Below, piece by piece: positions 21,590-32,576 of a DNA stretch of 64,000 bases. Every line of letters begins with the position of its first letter. Position 1 is the stretch's first letter. The stretch is from an uncultured Ignavibacteria bacterium (GTDB taxonomy: Bacteria; Bacteroidota; Ignavibacteria; Ch128b), in contig CALDZP010000033.1 in assembly GCA_937944105.1 (NCBI GenBank), forward strand, positions 2,034 to 66,033. The letters run 5' to 3'. The position numbers and the translations under genes are program-made. The notes under the pieces were generated by a model. It saw only the letters and a program-made list of their open reading frames with translations. It was not told the origin of the DNA and made no database searches.

Positions 21590-22048
21590 ATGAACGATAC
21601 TTACGATATTTCAATATTTCCTGTGAAACTAGAAATTCAAGTACGCAGTTATGAAGTCGATTTCCAGAATGTTGTGAACAATGCAGTTTATTTTAATTAT
21701 TTTGAGCTTGCAAGAATTGATTATCGAAAGAAAATGGGATATAGCCTAAATCCAAATGGTACATTTTCCGATGGCTTGCTTTTCTTTGTAGCTCATAACG
21801 AATGTGATTACTTTTCACCTGCTTATCTTGATAATGAATTGATTATCTACACAAGAATTGATTACATTAAAAATTCAAGCTTAAATTTCGAACATTTAAT
21901 TTTTAATAAAACAACAAACCAATTTATTGCAAAAGGAAGTGGAGTAATTGTAAATGTCGATCCAATAACATTGAATCCAACTCCAATCCCGGATAAAATG
22001 ATTAAGGAAATAAAGTCATTCGATAAAACTGTAAAAGTATTTAGATGA
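21590..22048 (+). CDS. Acyl-CoA thioesterase (4HBT/YbgC-like hotdog fold)
   Basis: VRSYEVDFQNVVNNAVYFNYFELAR. Confidence 0.88.
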   Translation: MNDTYDISIFPVKLEIQVRSYEVDFQNVVNNAVYFNYFELARIDYRKKMGYSLNPNGTFSDGLLFFVAHNECDYFSPAYLDNELIIYTRIDYIKNSSLNFEHLIFNKTTNQFIAKGSGVIVNVDPITLNPTPIPDKMIKEIKSFDKTVKVFR

Positions 22049-22087
22049 AAGTTAATAAACTAATGAAATAAGATTTATTTCTAAGAA

Positions 22088-22786
22088 ATGAAAGAATTAA
22101 TATTTGATATAGAAACAGTTGGATATCCTTTTGAAAGTTTCGATGAATATCAACAGGAATATTTACTCCGCTTTGCAAATCTTGAGGAAACAGAAGAAAA
22201 ACGACAACAAAAAACTGAAGAAGTTATTAGATACTTAAACCTCAGTGCACTAACTGCTCAGGTTGTCGCAATTGGGTTTTACGATATTGGGATTAAAAAA
22301 GGATTGATTTTATTTCAATCTGATGATAAAGAACATTATAAATCTGAAAATGGTGAATTTACTTTTCATTCGGGTGATGAAAAATTTATTATTAAGAAAT
22401 TTTGGGAAATTATTACCAAATATGATCGGTTAATCTCTTTTAATGGTAGAAGTTTTGACGCTCCTTTCCTTTTGTTGCGTTCTGCTATGTTAAGAATTAA
22501 ACCGACGAAAAATTTAATTTCATATCGATACGATTCAAAAAGTCATTGCGATTTACTTGAACAGTTTACATTCTATGGTTTGACCAGAAAATATAATCTT
22601 GATTTTTATTGTAAAGCTTTCGGAATTGAAAGTTCAAAAAGAGGTGAAGTTACAGGTTATAACATCAATGAAATATTTAATCAAAAAAGATTTAGGGAAA
22701 TTGCTGAATATTGTAGCAAAGATTTATTAGCTACTAAAGAACTTTATTTAATTTATAAAAACTACCTCGAGTTTGATTCAAAATGA
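22088..22786 (+). CDS. Stand-alone PolB-like 3'-5' exonuclease (DEDDy)
   Basis: FDIET, FNGRSFD and YCSKD exonuclease motifs. Confidence 0.85.
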   Translation: MKELIFDIETVGYPFESFDEYQQEYLLRFANLEETEEKRQQKTEEVIRYLNLSALTAQVVAIGFYDIGIKKGLILFQSDDKEHYKSENGEFTFHSGDEKFIIKKFWEIITKYDRLISFNGRSFDAPFLLLRSAMLRIKPTKNLISYRYDSKSHCDLLEQFTFYGLTRKYNLDFYCKAFGIESSKRGEVTGYNINEIFNQKRFREIAEYCSKDLLATKELYLIYKNYLEFDSK

Positions 22787-25008
22787 ATGAGATAGAAGTT
22801 ACACTTGATCTTGCATTAAAGCATGGCTTAACAGAAGAAGAATTTGAAAGAGTTAAAAAATTCCTGGGAAGAATTCCTAACTATACTGAACTTGGTTGCT
22901 ATAGTGTAATGTGGAGTGAGCACTGCAGTTATAAAAATTCAATCGCTTTGCTTAAGACTTTACCAAGAAGTGGAGGAAGACTTCTCGTTCAGGCTGGTGA
23001 AGAAAATGCTGGTCTTGTTGATATTGGTGATGGTTTTGCTGTGGCATTCAAAATCGAAAGTCACAATCATCCTTCCGCAGTTGAACCATATCAAGGCGCA
23101 GCAACTGGAGTTGGAGGGATATTAAGAGATATTTTCACAATGGGTGCAAGACCAATTGCGGCTCTTGATTCTTTGCGATTTGGGGATCTTAAAAATCCTA
23201 AAACAAAATTTCTTCTTAATGGAGTTGTTAAAGGCATTGGTGATTATGGCAATTGTTTTGGTGTTCCTACAGTTGCAGGTGAAGTTTATTTCGAAGAAGC
23301 TTATCAGGATAATTGCCTTGTTAATGCAATGGCTGTTGGAATTGTCAAAACTAATCGTATTGCTAAAGCAGTTGCTAAAGGTAAAGGAAATCCAGTTTTT
23401 ATTGTTGGTTCTTCGACAGGAAGAGATGGAATTCATGGTGCAACTTTCGCATCAGAGGAATTAAGTGATGAAACCGAATCCAGACGCTCAAATGTTCAAG
23501 TAGGCGATCCATTCGCTGAAAAACTTTTACTCGAAGCAACTCTTGAAATAATAAAAAAAGATTTAATAGTTGGTATTCAAGATATGGGAGCCGCTGGCAT
23601 TATTTGTTCAACTAGCGAGATGAGTGCAAGAGGAAACAGTGGAATGCGCATTGATTTAGATCTTGTTCCGCTCAGAGAAGATAATATGTCAGCTTATGAA
23701 ATTTTACTCTCAGAATCTCAAGAAAGAATGCTTGTTGTTGGGAAAAAAGGTTGTGAAGAAGAAATTAAAAAAGTTTTTGAAAAATGGGATTTACAATGTC
23801 TTAAAATAGGAGAAGTGATTGAAAACGATTTACTTGAATTTTATAAAGATGGAAAACTTGAAGCTAAATTGCCGGCATCTTCTCTTGTTCTGGGAGGAGG
23901 TGCACCTGTTTATTATCGTGAATGGAAAGAACCTGAATATTTCAAACAACTTTCTTCAATAGATTTATCAAATCTTCCAGAAATAAGAGATTTAAACGCT
24001 GCGTTACTTAAACTTTTATCTTCACCAAATATTACAAATAAAAACTGGATTTATCACCAATACGATTATACTGTTGGAACAAATACAGTAATCCAACCAG
24101 GATGTGATGCCGCAGTCATTAGGATTAAAAAAACAAATAAAGCTATTGCTGTCAAAACTGATTGTAATGGTAGATATGTTTACTTAAATCCTCGAAGAGG
24201 TACTATGATTGCAGTTGCTGAATCTGCCAGAAATGTTGCCTGTACTGGAGCGATACCAATTGCCATTACAAACTGTCTGAATTTTGGAAATCCCTACGAC
24301 AAAGAAATTTACTGGCAATTTAAAGAAGCTATCGAAGGAATGAAAGAAGCCTGTATTGTATTTGATACTCCAGTGACAGGTGGAAATGTTAGTTTCTATA
24401 ATGAGAGTAAAAATCATACTGTTTATCCGACACCTGTAATTGGAATGCTTGGTTTAATTGAAAATGTAATTCATATTACGAGTTCGTATTTCAAAGATGA
24501 AGGTGATTTAATTTATTTATTGGGTGAAACTGCACCAGAGATTGGTGGGAGTGAATTCTTAAAAGAATTTTTTAACAAAGTAGAAGGTGATATTCCACAA
24601 ATAAATTTAAAATTCGAAAAGCATTTAATAGATACTTTAATTTCTTTAATTCAAAAAGGATTTATTAAATCGGCTCATGATTTGAGTGATGGAGGTTTAG
24701 CTGTTGCAATTGCTGAGTGTTGTATAATGAATCGTAAGAAAAAAATTGGTGCTGAAATAAACATAAATATTAATTTTAGAAATGACTTTTTCCTCTTTTC
24801 TGAAAGTCAATCAAGAATTTTGATTACAGTTAATACACATTTTAAAAATGATGTTGAAAAATATCTTAACGATGCAAATATTCCGTTTGAAATGATTGGA
24901 ACTGTCGGTGGAGGTAAATTAAAAATTAATAATTTAATTGATTTAAGTCTTGAAGAATTAGATGATGCTTATTTTAATTCTTTTGAAAGATTAATGGAAA
25001 GTAAATGA
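22783..25008 (+). CDS. purL: Phosphoribosylformylglycinamidine synthase subunit PurL (small type)
   Basis: [32 protein letters not shown]. Confidence 0.97.
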   Translation: MNEIEVTLDLALKHGLTEEEFERVKKFLGRIPNYTELGCYSVMWSEHCSYKNSIALLKTLPRSGGRLLVQAGEENAGLVDIGDGFAVAFKIESHNHPSAVEPYQGAATGVGGILRDIFTMGARPIAALDSLRFGDLKNPKTKFLLNGVVKGIGDYGNCFGVPTVAGEVYFEEAYQDNCLVNAMAVGIVKTNRIAKAVAKGKGNPVFIVGSSTGRDGIHGATFASEELSDETESRRSNVQVGDPFAEKLLLEATLEIIKKDLIVGIQDMGAAGIICSTSEMSARGNSGMRIDLDLVPLREDNMSAYEILLSESQERMLVVGKKGCEEEIKKVFEKWDLQCLKIGEVIENDLLEFYKDGKLEAKLPASSLVLGGGAPVYYREWKEPEYFKQLSSIDLSNLPEIRDLNAALLKLLSSPNITNKNWIYHQYDYTVGTNTVIQPGCDAAVIRIKKTNKAIAVKTDCNGRYVYLNPRRGTMIAVAESARNVACTGAIPIAITNCLNFGNPYDKEIYWQFKEAIEGMKEACIVFDTPVTGGNVSFYNESKNHTVYPTPVIGMLGLIENVIHITSSYFKDEGDLIYLLGETAPEIGGSEFLKEFFNKVEGDIPQINLKFEKHLIDTLISLIQKGFIKSAHDLSDGGLAVAIAECCIMNRKKKIGAEINININFRNDFFLFSESQSRILITVNTHFKNDVEKYLNDANIPFEMIGTVGGGKLKINNLIDLSLEELDDAYFNSFERLMESK

Positions 25009-25946
25009 CTTATAAATTCTTTAAAAATTTAAGAGAAAGTTTGAGACAAACATTAAGAAATTTTTGGAGATGGATTAAATTTTATGTGATCAATATTTAT
25101 GAAAAGATGGATAAGCATCATGCTTTTATTTTTGCCTCTGGAATGACCTACAATATCTTACTCTGCATTATTCCGATGGTACTAATTACATTTTCCGTTC
25201 TCGGTTCAATTCTTGAATCGCAGGAGCTATTAATCCAGATAAGCTTAATGATTGATGATATGTTTCCAGTATCCAATTATTCTGACAAAATAAAAGAAAT
25301 TTTATTTGAACGAATTGGAGAATTTATAAAATATAAAACTCTGGTTGGAACTGTTGGTATTGTTGGTTTATTTTTCACCGCAAGCGGGTTGTTTTCCACT
25401 TTTAGAACGATTTTAAATAACATCTATGGTATAGAAAAAGGTAAAAACATTTTAATTGCTAAAATTCGTGATTTCGGGATGGTAATTTTAACGCTGGTAT
25501 TTTTTCTATTGGTGATTCTTATTAATCCACTTCTACAAATTTTCAGAAATTTAGTAAATAGAATTGAGTTGCTAACTCAAATGGATTTGTCTTCGGTTGT
25601 TCAGATTATCATTAGATATTTGCCTTCTGCCTTGACTTTTTTAATGATGCTTTTAATTTATTCACTTGTTCCGTATCGAAAGATGCGAAAGCGGGTTTAT
25701 TTTATTTCAGCTCTTTGGGCAACTATTTTATTTGAAATTGCAAAAAATGGTTTTACTTATTATGTAACTAATGTTGCAAACTATTCAAAGATTTATGGGA
25801 ATATTGCATTTGCTATTGTTACGGCTTTATGGCTTTACATTGTATCAGTAATTTTTATTCTTGCTGCGATAATAGGCCAGGTTTATCGTGAAAAACATGA
25901 TTTAATGACAACACTGGAACGAAAACCCTTTATCTTCACAAATTAA
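25005..25946 (+). CDS. YihY/BrkB family membrane protein
   Basis: TM pattern and YSKIYGNIA...LWLY motif. Confidence 0.88.
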   Translation: MTYKFFKNLRESLRQTLRNFWRWIKFYVINIYEKMDKHHAFIFASGMTYNILLCIIPMVLITFSVLGSILESQELLIQISLMIDDMFPVSNYSDKIKEILFERIGEFIKYKTLVGTVGIVGLFFTASGLFSTFRTILNNIYGIEKGKNILIAKIRDFGMVILTLVFFLLVILINPLLQIFRNLVNRIELLTQMDLSSVVQIIIRYLPSALTFLMMLLIYSLVPYRKMRKRVYFISALWATILFEIAKNGFTYYVTNVANYSKIYGNIAFAIVTALWLYIVSVIFILAAIIGQVYREKHDLMTTLERKPFIFTN

Positions 25947-26013
25947 ATAAACTTGATTACTTAATTTATACTATCATAAATTAAATCACGCAAAATCAGA
26001 TATCCAAAAATTT

Positions 26014-26574
26014 TCATCTTTTTCTCTGATATTTTCCCATCAATTCTCCCTGAGAAATAATATGACCTTTCATGGCATCGAGCAATTGTTTTTTGGTTGC
26101 TCCTGGACCGAGATTTAGTTTTATGTCAAGAGCAAAAATTTTAAAATAATACCTATGCACTCCTGAAGGTGGGCACGGACCTCCATATCCATATTTTTTC
26201 CAATCGTTGAGTCCATGGATAGAATTGTCTTTTAATATTTTTTCAGGAGGAATATTTTCTTTAAGTTCTTTTGTTTCGGGCGGAATGTTATACAAAACCC
26301 AATGAACCCAATCTCCAATAGGTGCGTCAGGATCATCGCAAATTAAAGCAATTGATTTTGTACCTTCCGGTATTCCCTCCCATTTCAAAGGGGGTGAAAT
26401 ATTTGCTCCGTCGCATGTATAAATTGACGGAATAAAATCACCATACTTAAATGCCGGACTTTCTATTTTAATTGCCATATTTTTTGCTCCTATTTTTGTT
26501 TGTGAAATTATTTGAAAGTGAAGGTTTAGAAAAGAAATCAAACACAAATAGAAAATTATAATTTGTTTAATCAT
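26014..26574 (-). CDS. YbhB/YbcL (PEBP) family protein
   Basis: YTCDGANISPPL, DPDAP, WVHW, GPCPPSGVHRY. An alternative start exists at 26478. Confidence 0.92.
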   Translation of the reverse strand: MIKQIIIFYLCLISFLNLHFQIISQTKIGAKNMAIKIESPAFKYGDFIPSIYTCDGANISPPLKWEGIPEGTKSIALICDDPDAPIGDWVHWVLYNIPPETKELKENIPPEKILKDNSIHGLNDWKKYGYGGPCPPSGVHRYYFKIFALDIKLNLGPGATKKQLLDAMKGHIISQGELMGKYQRKR

Positions 26575-26681
26575 AATTTCCCCATGAAAATTCTATTTTA
26601 ATATATTAAAAAAATGAAAAAGTTGTTTTGAAAGCTTCGTAACTTTACATATATAAATTCGTAAAAATTTAAAAACTGGTA

Positions 26682-27611
26682 TTGAAAATGCTAAAGTTAA
26701 TTAAAATCTTTATTCTCATTATTACATTTAAGTCATTTCTATTTGCCGGACCTCCTGATATTATTAAGCTTTACCTGATGGGTGAAATAATCTTTGATAA
26801 AACATTTCAAACTAAAGAAGGTAAAACTTTAGTTTTTGAAAGTTCAGCTGGTGACATTAGAATTTATACTTCTGATAAACCTGAAGTAAGAATTAAAATT
26901 TATGGTGATGAAGATGCACTTGATAGAATTGATTTGATTTATTCAGAAAATATTGATGGTATTAAAATTAAAGTCAAAAAGATTTCATCTTTTTGGGGAT
27001 TTTTCTCTAAGAGTTTTTATGTAGATTACGATTTAATTGTACCAAAAAAATATAATCTCAATATAGTTTCAGGTTCTGGGGATGTTTATTTAAAAAATTT
27101 ATTAGGGAATGTTAGAATTAAAACTTCCGGCGGTGATACAAAAATCGAGGGTGTGGAAGGAGAAGTATATGTTTCGGCTAGTGGTGGGGATATTTTCCTA
27201 AATAAAATAATTGGAAATGTTAAATCTCATACAAGTGGTGGAGATATTATTCTTAGAGAAATCTCAGGCGAAATTAATAGCTCCACAACAGGTGGTGATA
27301 TTAAAATTCAATCAAAGAATGGTTCTATCAATGCAAAAACTACCGGTGGAGATATAACAATTGATTATGCTGGTGAGAATAAAGGAATAATTGCCAGTAC
27401 CGTTGGTGGTGATATTTATCTTATATTGGATAAAACTATCGAAGGATTCTTTTCGTTGTCAACAATTGGTGGAGATATTATAAACGAATTTAATTTGACA
27501 TCTTTATACGAAAAAAAATCTTCAAAGCTTGAGGGCGAGCTAAACAAGAAAGAACCAAGAATTCAATGTAAAACTACAGGTGGAGATATTAAAATAATTA
27601 AAAGAAAGTAG
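26682..27611 (+). CDS. DUF4097 beta-strand repeat protein
   Basis: Signal peptide followed by tandem ~19-aa (T/S)xGGDI repeats. Confidence 0.82.
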   Translation: MKMLKLIKIFILIITFKSFLFAGPPDIIKLYLMGEIIFDKTFQTKEGKTLVFESSAGDIRIYTSDKPEVRIKIYGDEDALDRIDLIYSENIDGIKIKVKKISSFWGFFSKSFYVDYDLIVPKKYNLNIVSGSGDVYLKNLLGNVRIKTSGGDTKIEGVEGEVYVSASGGDIFLNKIIGNVKSHTSGGDIILREISGEINSSTTGGDIKIQSKNGSINAKTTGGDITIDYAGENKGIIASTVGGDIYLILDKTIEGFFSLSTIGGDIINEFNLTSLYEKKSSKLEGELNKKEPRIQCKTTGGDIKIIKRK

Positions 27612-27715
27612 ACCGAATTCTCTTTGCAAAATTCTTAGTTGCTTATTCTCTTTAAATTATTTAATTCTCACTAAAGTAATTTCAAATTCATTTAAATCAA
27701 TATTTCAACAAAAAA

Positions 27716-29701
27716 TTATTTTAAGTACTTTTTAAACCAGTTTAATCCTCTGTTAAGCATATTTAAGTAATGTTGAGGTTCATTTCTAATTCCGTGTCCT
27801 TCTCTTGGATAAACAACAAATTCAACCGCTTTACCCATTGTTTTCAACGCTTGATACATCTCTTGTGAATTTGCAAGATTCGTGTACTGATCTTTATCAC
27901 CTTGAAGAATTAAAACAGGAGTTTGAATATTTTGAACATAAAATGCTGGTGAGCGATTTACCCATAGATGATTCATATCGATTGGTTTTTCCCAGTAATA
28001 ATATCCGAAGTACATTTTCTCGAAAACCGGTTGCCATGAATTAGAAAAATCTGTGAAGAAACTGAAAATTCCATACATTGAAACAGCAGCAGCGAATCTA
28101 TTGGTTTGAGTTATTATCCAGTTTGTAAGATAACCACCATAACTTCCGCCAATTATTCCCATGCGAGTGGTATCAACGAATCCCATTTTTATTACTTCGT
28201 CAACTGATTGCATAGCATCTTTAAAATCACCTCCTCCAAGATCGTACCGATTTGATTGACCAAATTCATCTGAATAACCGGCACTTCCCCTTACATTAGG
28301 TGCAACAACAACGAATCCTTCGTTTGCATAAACTTGCATTGGATAGCTTTGTAGGAAAGTATTTTTGAAAGCACTATATGGACCTCCATGAACACATAAA
28401 ATTAATGGGTATTTTTTTGAAGGTTCGAAATCGACAGGTTTAATTAACATCGACTCAATTTTGAATTTTCTATCATAAGATTGGAAACTGAAAATTTCAG
28501 GTTGACTAATTTTGAAATCTTTTAATTGTTTTGAGTAATGTGTTAAAATTTCAGTTTTGCCAGTTACTAATCTGCCAATTTCCTTTAAATGAATGCCGTC
28601 TTCATATAAAAAATAAATTTCACCGTTTTTAGTGATTTGAAGATTGCTTATAACAGATTCTTCCTTTGTGAGTTTGGTAATAATTTTTTTGTTAATATTA
28701 ATTTGATAAATAGGAGTTGTGTAACCTTCATTAACCAGTGCGAAAATTATATTTTCTTTCGGATGCCAGATATAATTTATAATTGAGAGATGGAAATCTT
28801 TTGTAAGATTTGTTCTTGTTTTGTTTGATAAATCAATCAGTTCAACATCAGTTTCTGCAAATTCAATATCAGGAACAGTTTGTGAAATAAACGATAAATA
28901 TTTTTCATCAGGAGAGGTTTGAGGTTCGGTTTCAGGACCCTCAAAGTTTGTTAGTAGGATTGATTTTCCATCCAGTGTTAATTTATAAATATCGTGATTT
29001 TGGTCATCATTATATTCTCCTGTATAGTTAGTTTGATAAAGAATAAAATTTCCTTTACTTGAAAATCTCAAATTACTTATTCCAGCATCACCTTTGTATA
29101 TTTTTTTTAACTCGTTATTTGAAAAATTAAATAACCAGATTTCTTTTTTTGGATTCTCTTTGGGATAAACGATCTCATCATTTTTTGTTTTTTCTTTTTC
29201 ATCGTGGAGTTTTTTCAAACTGTCAGAAATTTCTTCATCTGATAATAAGGCTAAAAATTTACCATCAGGTGAAAATGTAAATTCATCAATACCATTTGGA
29301 AGGCGAATGAAATTTTCTGCTTCACCCCCGTATGGTGAAATTCGCCATAATTGCTTTTCACCTTTTATTATCTTATTAGATTTATCCTGAAATTCTCGTG
29401 AAGAAATAAAATAAATAAAATTCCCGTCCGGTGAAAAGGAAAAATTCCCCACCCCTGATGGATGTGTTGTCAGTTGTTTAATTTTTTTTGTTTTAGTATT
29501 TAATAAGTAAAGTTGATTTATCCATTTAGCTTCTTCAAAGTTTGGTTTTCTTATATTGTATGCTATAAAATTTCCATCATTTGATATGGATATTGATTGA
29601 GGATACTCGAGTTTAAATTGCTCTTCAAGTGTAAAAACTTTTTGTTGAGAAAAAATTAGACTTCCAAGTAATAAAAATACTATTAGTAGTTTTGATTTCA
29701 T
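27716..29701 (-). CDS. S9 family peptidase (beta-propeller + alpha/beta hydrolase)
   Basis: Signal peptide, SPDG repeats, HGGP, GGSYGG nucleophile, EGH. Confidence 0.92.
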   Translation of the reverse strand: MKSKLLIVFLLLGSLIFSQQKVFTLEEQFKLEYPQSISISNDGNFIAYNIRKPNFEEAKWINQLYLLNTKTKKIKQLTTHPSGVGNFSFSPDGNFIYFISSREFQDKSNKIIKGEKQLWRISPYGGEAENFIRLPNGIDEFTFSPDGKFLALLSDEEISDSLKKLHDEKEKTKNDEIVYPKENPKKEIWLFNFSNNELKKIYKGDAGISNLRFSSKGNFILYQTNYTGEYNDDQNHDIYKLTLDGKSILLTNFEGPETEPQTSPDEKYLSFISQTVPDIEFAETDVELIDLSNKTRTNLTKDFHLSIINYIWHPKENIIFALVNEGYTTPIYQININKKIITKLTKEESVISNLQITKNGEIYFLYEDGIHLKEIGRLVTGKTEILTHYSKQLKDFKISQPEIFSFQSYDRKFKIESMLIKPVDFEPSKKYPLILCVHGGPYSAFKNTFLQSYPMQVYANEGFVVVAPNVRGSAGYSDEFGQSNRYDLGGGDFKDAMQSVDEVIKMGFVDTTRMGIIGGSYGGYLTNWIITQTNRFAAAVSMYGIFSFFTDFSNSWQPVFEKMYFGYYYWEKPIDMNHLWVNRSPAFYVQNIQTPVLILQGDKDQYTNLANSQEMYQALKTMGKAVEFVVYPREGHGIRNEPQHYLNMLNRGLNWFKKYLK

Positions 29702-29911
29702 TTTTAATCCTCAAATTTTAATTTCAATTTAAGTCAAAGATAAAAAATAATTGAATGCTTTATTAAACGATACTAAAAAATTTTTATTATTTTGTTGGTC
29801 AATTAATTATTGATTAAAAGAACTTATAAATTAAAATTTTAATTAACATTCGTTAATTGAACCATAAAAATATTCTCAATAACTTTGAAAAATTTTGAGG
29901 AGAAAAACTAT

Positions 29912-30547
29912 ATGAGCAAATTAATCTTACTCAGACATGGTGAATCACAATGGAATTTAGAGAATCGCTTCACTGGTTGGGTTGATGTACCATTAAGTCC
30001 AAGGGGTGAAGAAGAAGCCCGAAAAGCCGGTGAAAAATTAAAAAATATCAAAATAGATAAAAGATATACTTCAGTTTTGAAGCGAGCAATTGATACTGAT
30101 TTAATCGCTATGGAAGTTGCTGGAAAATTGGATGTGCCAGTTGAAAGAGATAAAGCTCTAAATGAAAGACATTATGGTGCTTTGCAAGGACTCAATAAAG
30201 AAGAAACCGCTCAGAAATATGGAAAGGAGCAGGTTCATCTCTGGAGAAGAAGTTATGACATCGCTCCCCCAAAGGATGTTACTCCGTTAAATCCTGATGG
30301 TATTAGTGAGAGTCTTAAGGATACTGCTGATCGTGTAATTCCTTATTTTCAAAATAAAATTAAACCAGATCTCGATGCAGGTCTGAATGTACTTGTAACA
30401 GCTCACGGTAATTCGCTAAGAGCACTTGTAATGCATCTCGATGGACTAACAAAAGAAGAAGTTCTCGAACTCAATATTCCCACCGGTGTTCCTATTGTTT
30501 ATGAATTTGAGAATGGTCAAATTGTAAAAAAATATTATCTCGAATGA
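29912..30547 (+). CDS. gpmA: 2,3-bisphosphoglycerate-dependent phosphoglycerate mutase
   Basis: LRHGESQWN, LNERHYG, AHGNSLR; SD GAGGAG. Confidence 0.96.
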   Translation: MSKLILLRHGESQWNLENRFTGWVDVPLSPRGEEEARKAGEKLKNIKIDKRYTSVLKRAIDTDLIAMEVAGKLDVPVERDKALNERHYGALQGLNKEETAQKYGKEQVHLWRRSYDIAPPKDVTPLNPDGISESLKDTADRVIPYFQNKIKPDLDAGLNVLVTAHGNSLRALVMHLDGLTKEEVLELNIPTGVPIVYEFENGQIVKKYYLE

Positions 30548-31005
30548 TTTCAAAAAATTTTATTTACAAAATTTTATCAGATGTTGAATTAGAAAAAATC
30601 TCTGAAGAAATAAAAGAACAAGAGAAAAAAACCTCAGGAGAACTGAAAGTTTTAATTAAGAAAGGTAGAGGTTTTCTGGAAAGGAAAAAATCGATTAGAG
30701 AAATTGCAATAAGAGAATTCCACAGACTTGGAATGGCAAACACAAGAGAAAGAAGTGGAATTCTCTTTTTATTACTACTAAAAGATCGTGAATTTTATAT
30801 TCTTCCTGACGTTGGGATTTCAGAAAAAATTCCACAAAGTGTTTGGGATGAAATAGCAAGATTAACAGAGCAATATTTTCGTCAAAAAAATTTTTTTGAT
30901 GGAGTCATTCAAGTAATAAAAAAATGTGGTGAAATTTTAGCAGAGCATTTTCCTGTTAAACCCGGTGACATTGATGAATTGAGTAATAGAGTTGAAATTA
31001 GTTAG
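30544..31005 (+). CDS. Short TPM-domain (DUF477-like) protein
   Basis: EKKTSGELKV, FHRLGMANTRERSGIL, HFP...DELSN. Confidence 0.85.
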   Translation: MISKNFIYKILSDVELEKISEEIKEQEKKTSGELKVLIKKGRGFLERKKSIREIAIREFHRLGMANTRERSGILFLLLLKDREFYILPDVGISEKIPQSVWDEIARLTEQYFRQKNFFDGVIQVIKKCGEILAEHFPVKPGDIDELSNRVEIS

Positions 31006-31718
31006 TAATGATTAATGTAATTTATGATAAATTTTTGATTAAACATTTTGAGATTCACCTCTCTTTAAATTCCATTTTGATTTAGAAAATATAAAGCTCC
31101 ATTAGAGATACCTGCCATAAAATGGTTTAAGAAGCAAATAAATAATTTTCATTTCGATCTTTACATTGATGGGGGTCAATATTGTTTTGAGTTTAATAAG
31201 CTTAACTTTTATTGTAATTAAATCAAAACTTTTTCCAAATGATTCTTCCACTTACATATTATTGAGATATTGAAAATATCGCAATAATGGTCGTTTTAAA
31301 AATTATTTTCTTTATACCTGTCATCGGGGATCTCGATTGAAAAATTAGGAACAAGCGATATTTTTTAAGCAAATAATTTGATAAATACTTTTTATTCATC
31401 CCGTGTTTAAGCATGCAATTACCATAATGTTTTATTCATTTGATTTACTACTTTGATTTTCAAGAACATATAACAATTTAATTATTTAGATAGTCGTTAT
31501 CTTTAGCTTGCATTGATATTTTATTAAAGAACATTTATTGAAAAAAAATCTAAATTGATATTTAGTCAAAAACTTTTTATTCATTTAAGGTGTTTCAAGC
31601 GAAGTGTGACAATCTATTTTAGTTGAGCAAAACATTTTAAGAAAATTTTTTTTATGAGGAATTATTAAAGAATTGTGCTTTCGCTTCGAGAATTTTTGAG
31701 ATTGGAATTGGGTTTACA

Positions 31719-31807
31719 TTCAACTCCTTCGGAGCTGTTTATTTTATCTGTTTTCATCTAACCCAGAGTTATACTCTGGCTATTCATTTTCAACTTTTTC
31801 GGAGTTG
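31719..31807. repeat. REP-like triple-hairpin element (A-B-A)
   Basis: TTCAACTCCTTCGGAGCTG (31719) and TTCAACTTTTTCGGAGTTG (31789), 70 bp apart, flank CCAGAGT-TAT-ACTCTGG (31763). Confidence 0.6.
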
Positions 31808-31847
31808 TTAATTTCGAAAATTCCTACTTAGGGACTTTCCAAAAATT

Positions 31848-32101
31848 GTCATTCCGAACTTGATTCGGAATCTAAAGAACCGCAAAGTATCACTCTATAT
31901 TTATTTCGAGATTATTTTTTATTTGATCATAGATCCTGAAACAAGTTCAGGGTGACTTATTAATGTATGAGAATTTATTTTAACAAAAATATTATTCCAT
32001 AATTGTTTCTGGATCTAAAAAACCTCTTAAAATGTCACTCTTAACCTATTTTGGAATCTAAAAAACTAACAAAGTGTCATTCTGAGCTTTTTTCGTAATC
32101 T
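31848..32101. repeat. Cluster of six 26-nt GTCA...ATCT REP-like palindromes
   Basis: Copies at 31848, 31889 (degenerate), 31931 (inverted), 31991, 32034 and 32076; consensus about GTCAYYCYGAACTTGWTTCRGRATCT. Confidence 0.75.
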
Positions 32102-32576
32102 AATTCACACTCAACTACTTCAGTGTAGTGTTTTCATAATGATTAAGTGAATAAATCTTTTGTGAGTATGTAAATAGTTTTAATTAAGTAATTTCTTTCT
32201 TTGTGAGGTAATTCTTTGTTATTTAATTTATTGCAATGGTTAGTAATTTGGTCATCGAATGTATTCGAGGTGACTTTTATTTTTAATCAACATTTATTGT
32301 CATTGCAAACAATGGTTGTCTAATCTCCGCTTGATAAACGAAGAATTCGGTCATTGATCATAATTAAAAGGCATGATGCGATCAAATTATTGGCTAAATA
32401 GTAAAGAATTGCTTTGTCGTTTATATTATTCAAGAGGAACCAGGTAGTAAAAGAACTTTTTTCTACGAAACAATTATTTTTTGAATTTATTCTGCAAACT
32501 GAAATTGATTTAGAAATTAAATACTCTTAAAACAAATATTTCAAAAATTAATATCAATGAATTGTAGAGATAAATT

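Noticed and set aside
27060-27600. Recurring GGTGGAGATAT nucleotide repeats
   Set aside because: Explained by the GGDI protein repeats of the DUF4097 beta-solenoid.
31030-31260. Pseudogene fragment on the minus strand at the start of the large gap
   Set aside because: Translations are interrupted by stops and show no recognisable motif, so it cannot be supported without blastx.
31848-32101. CRISPR array interpretation of the 26-nt repeats
   Set aside because: Linkers in the tandem run are only 15-17 nt and resemble each other, the repeats are degenerate with one inverted, and there are no cas genes in the window.
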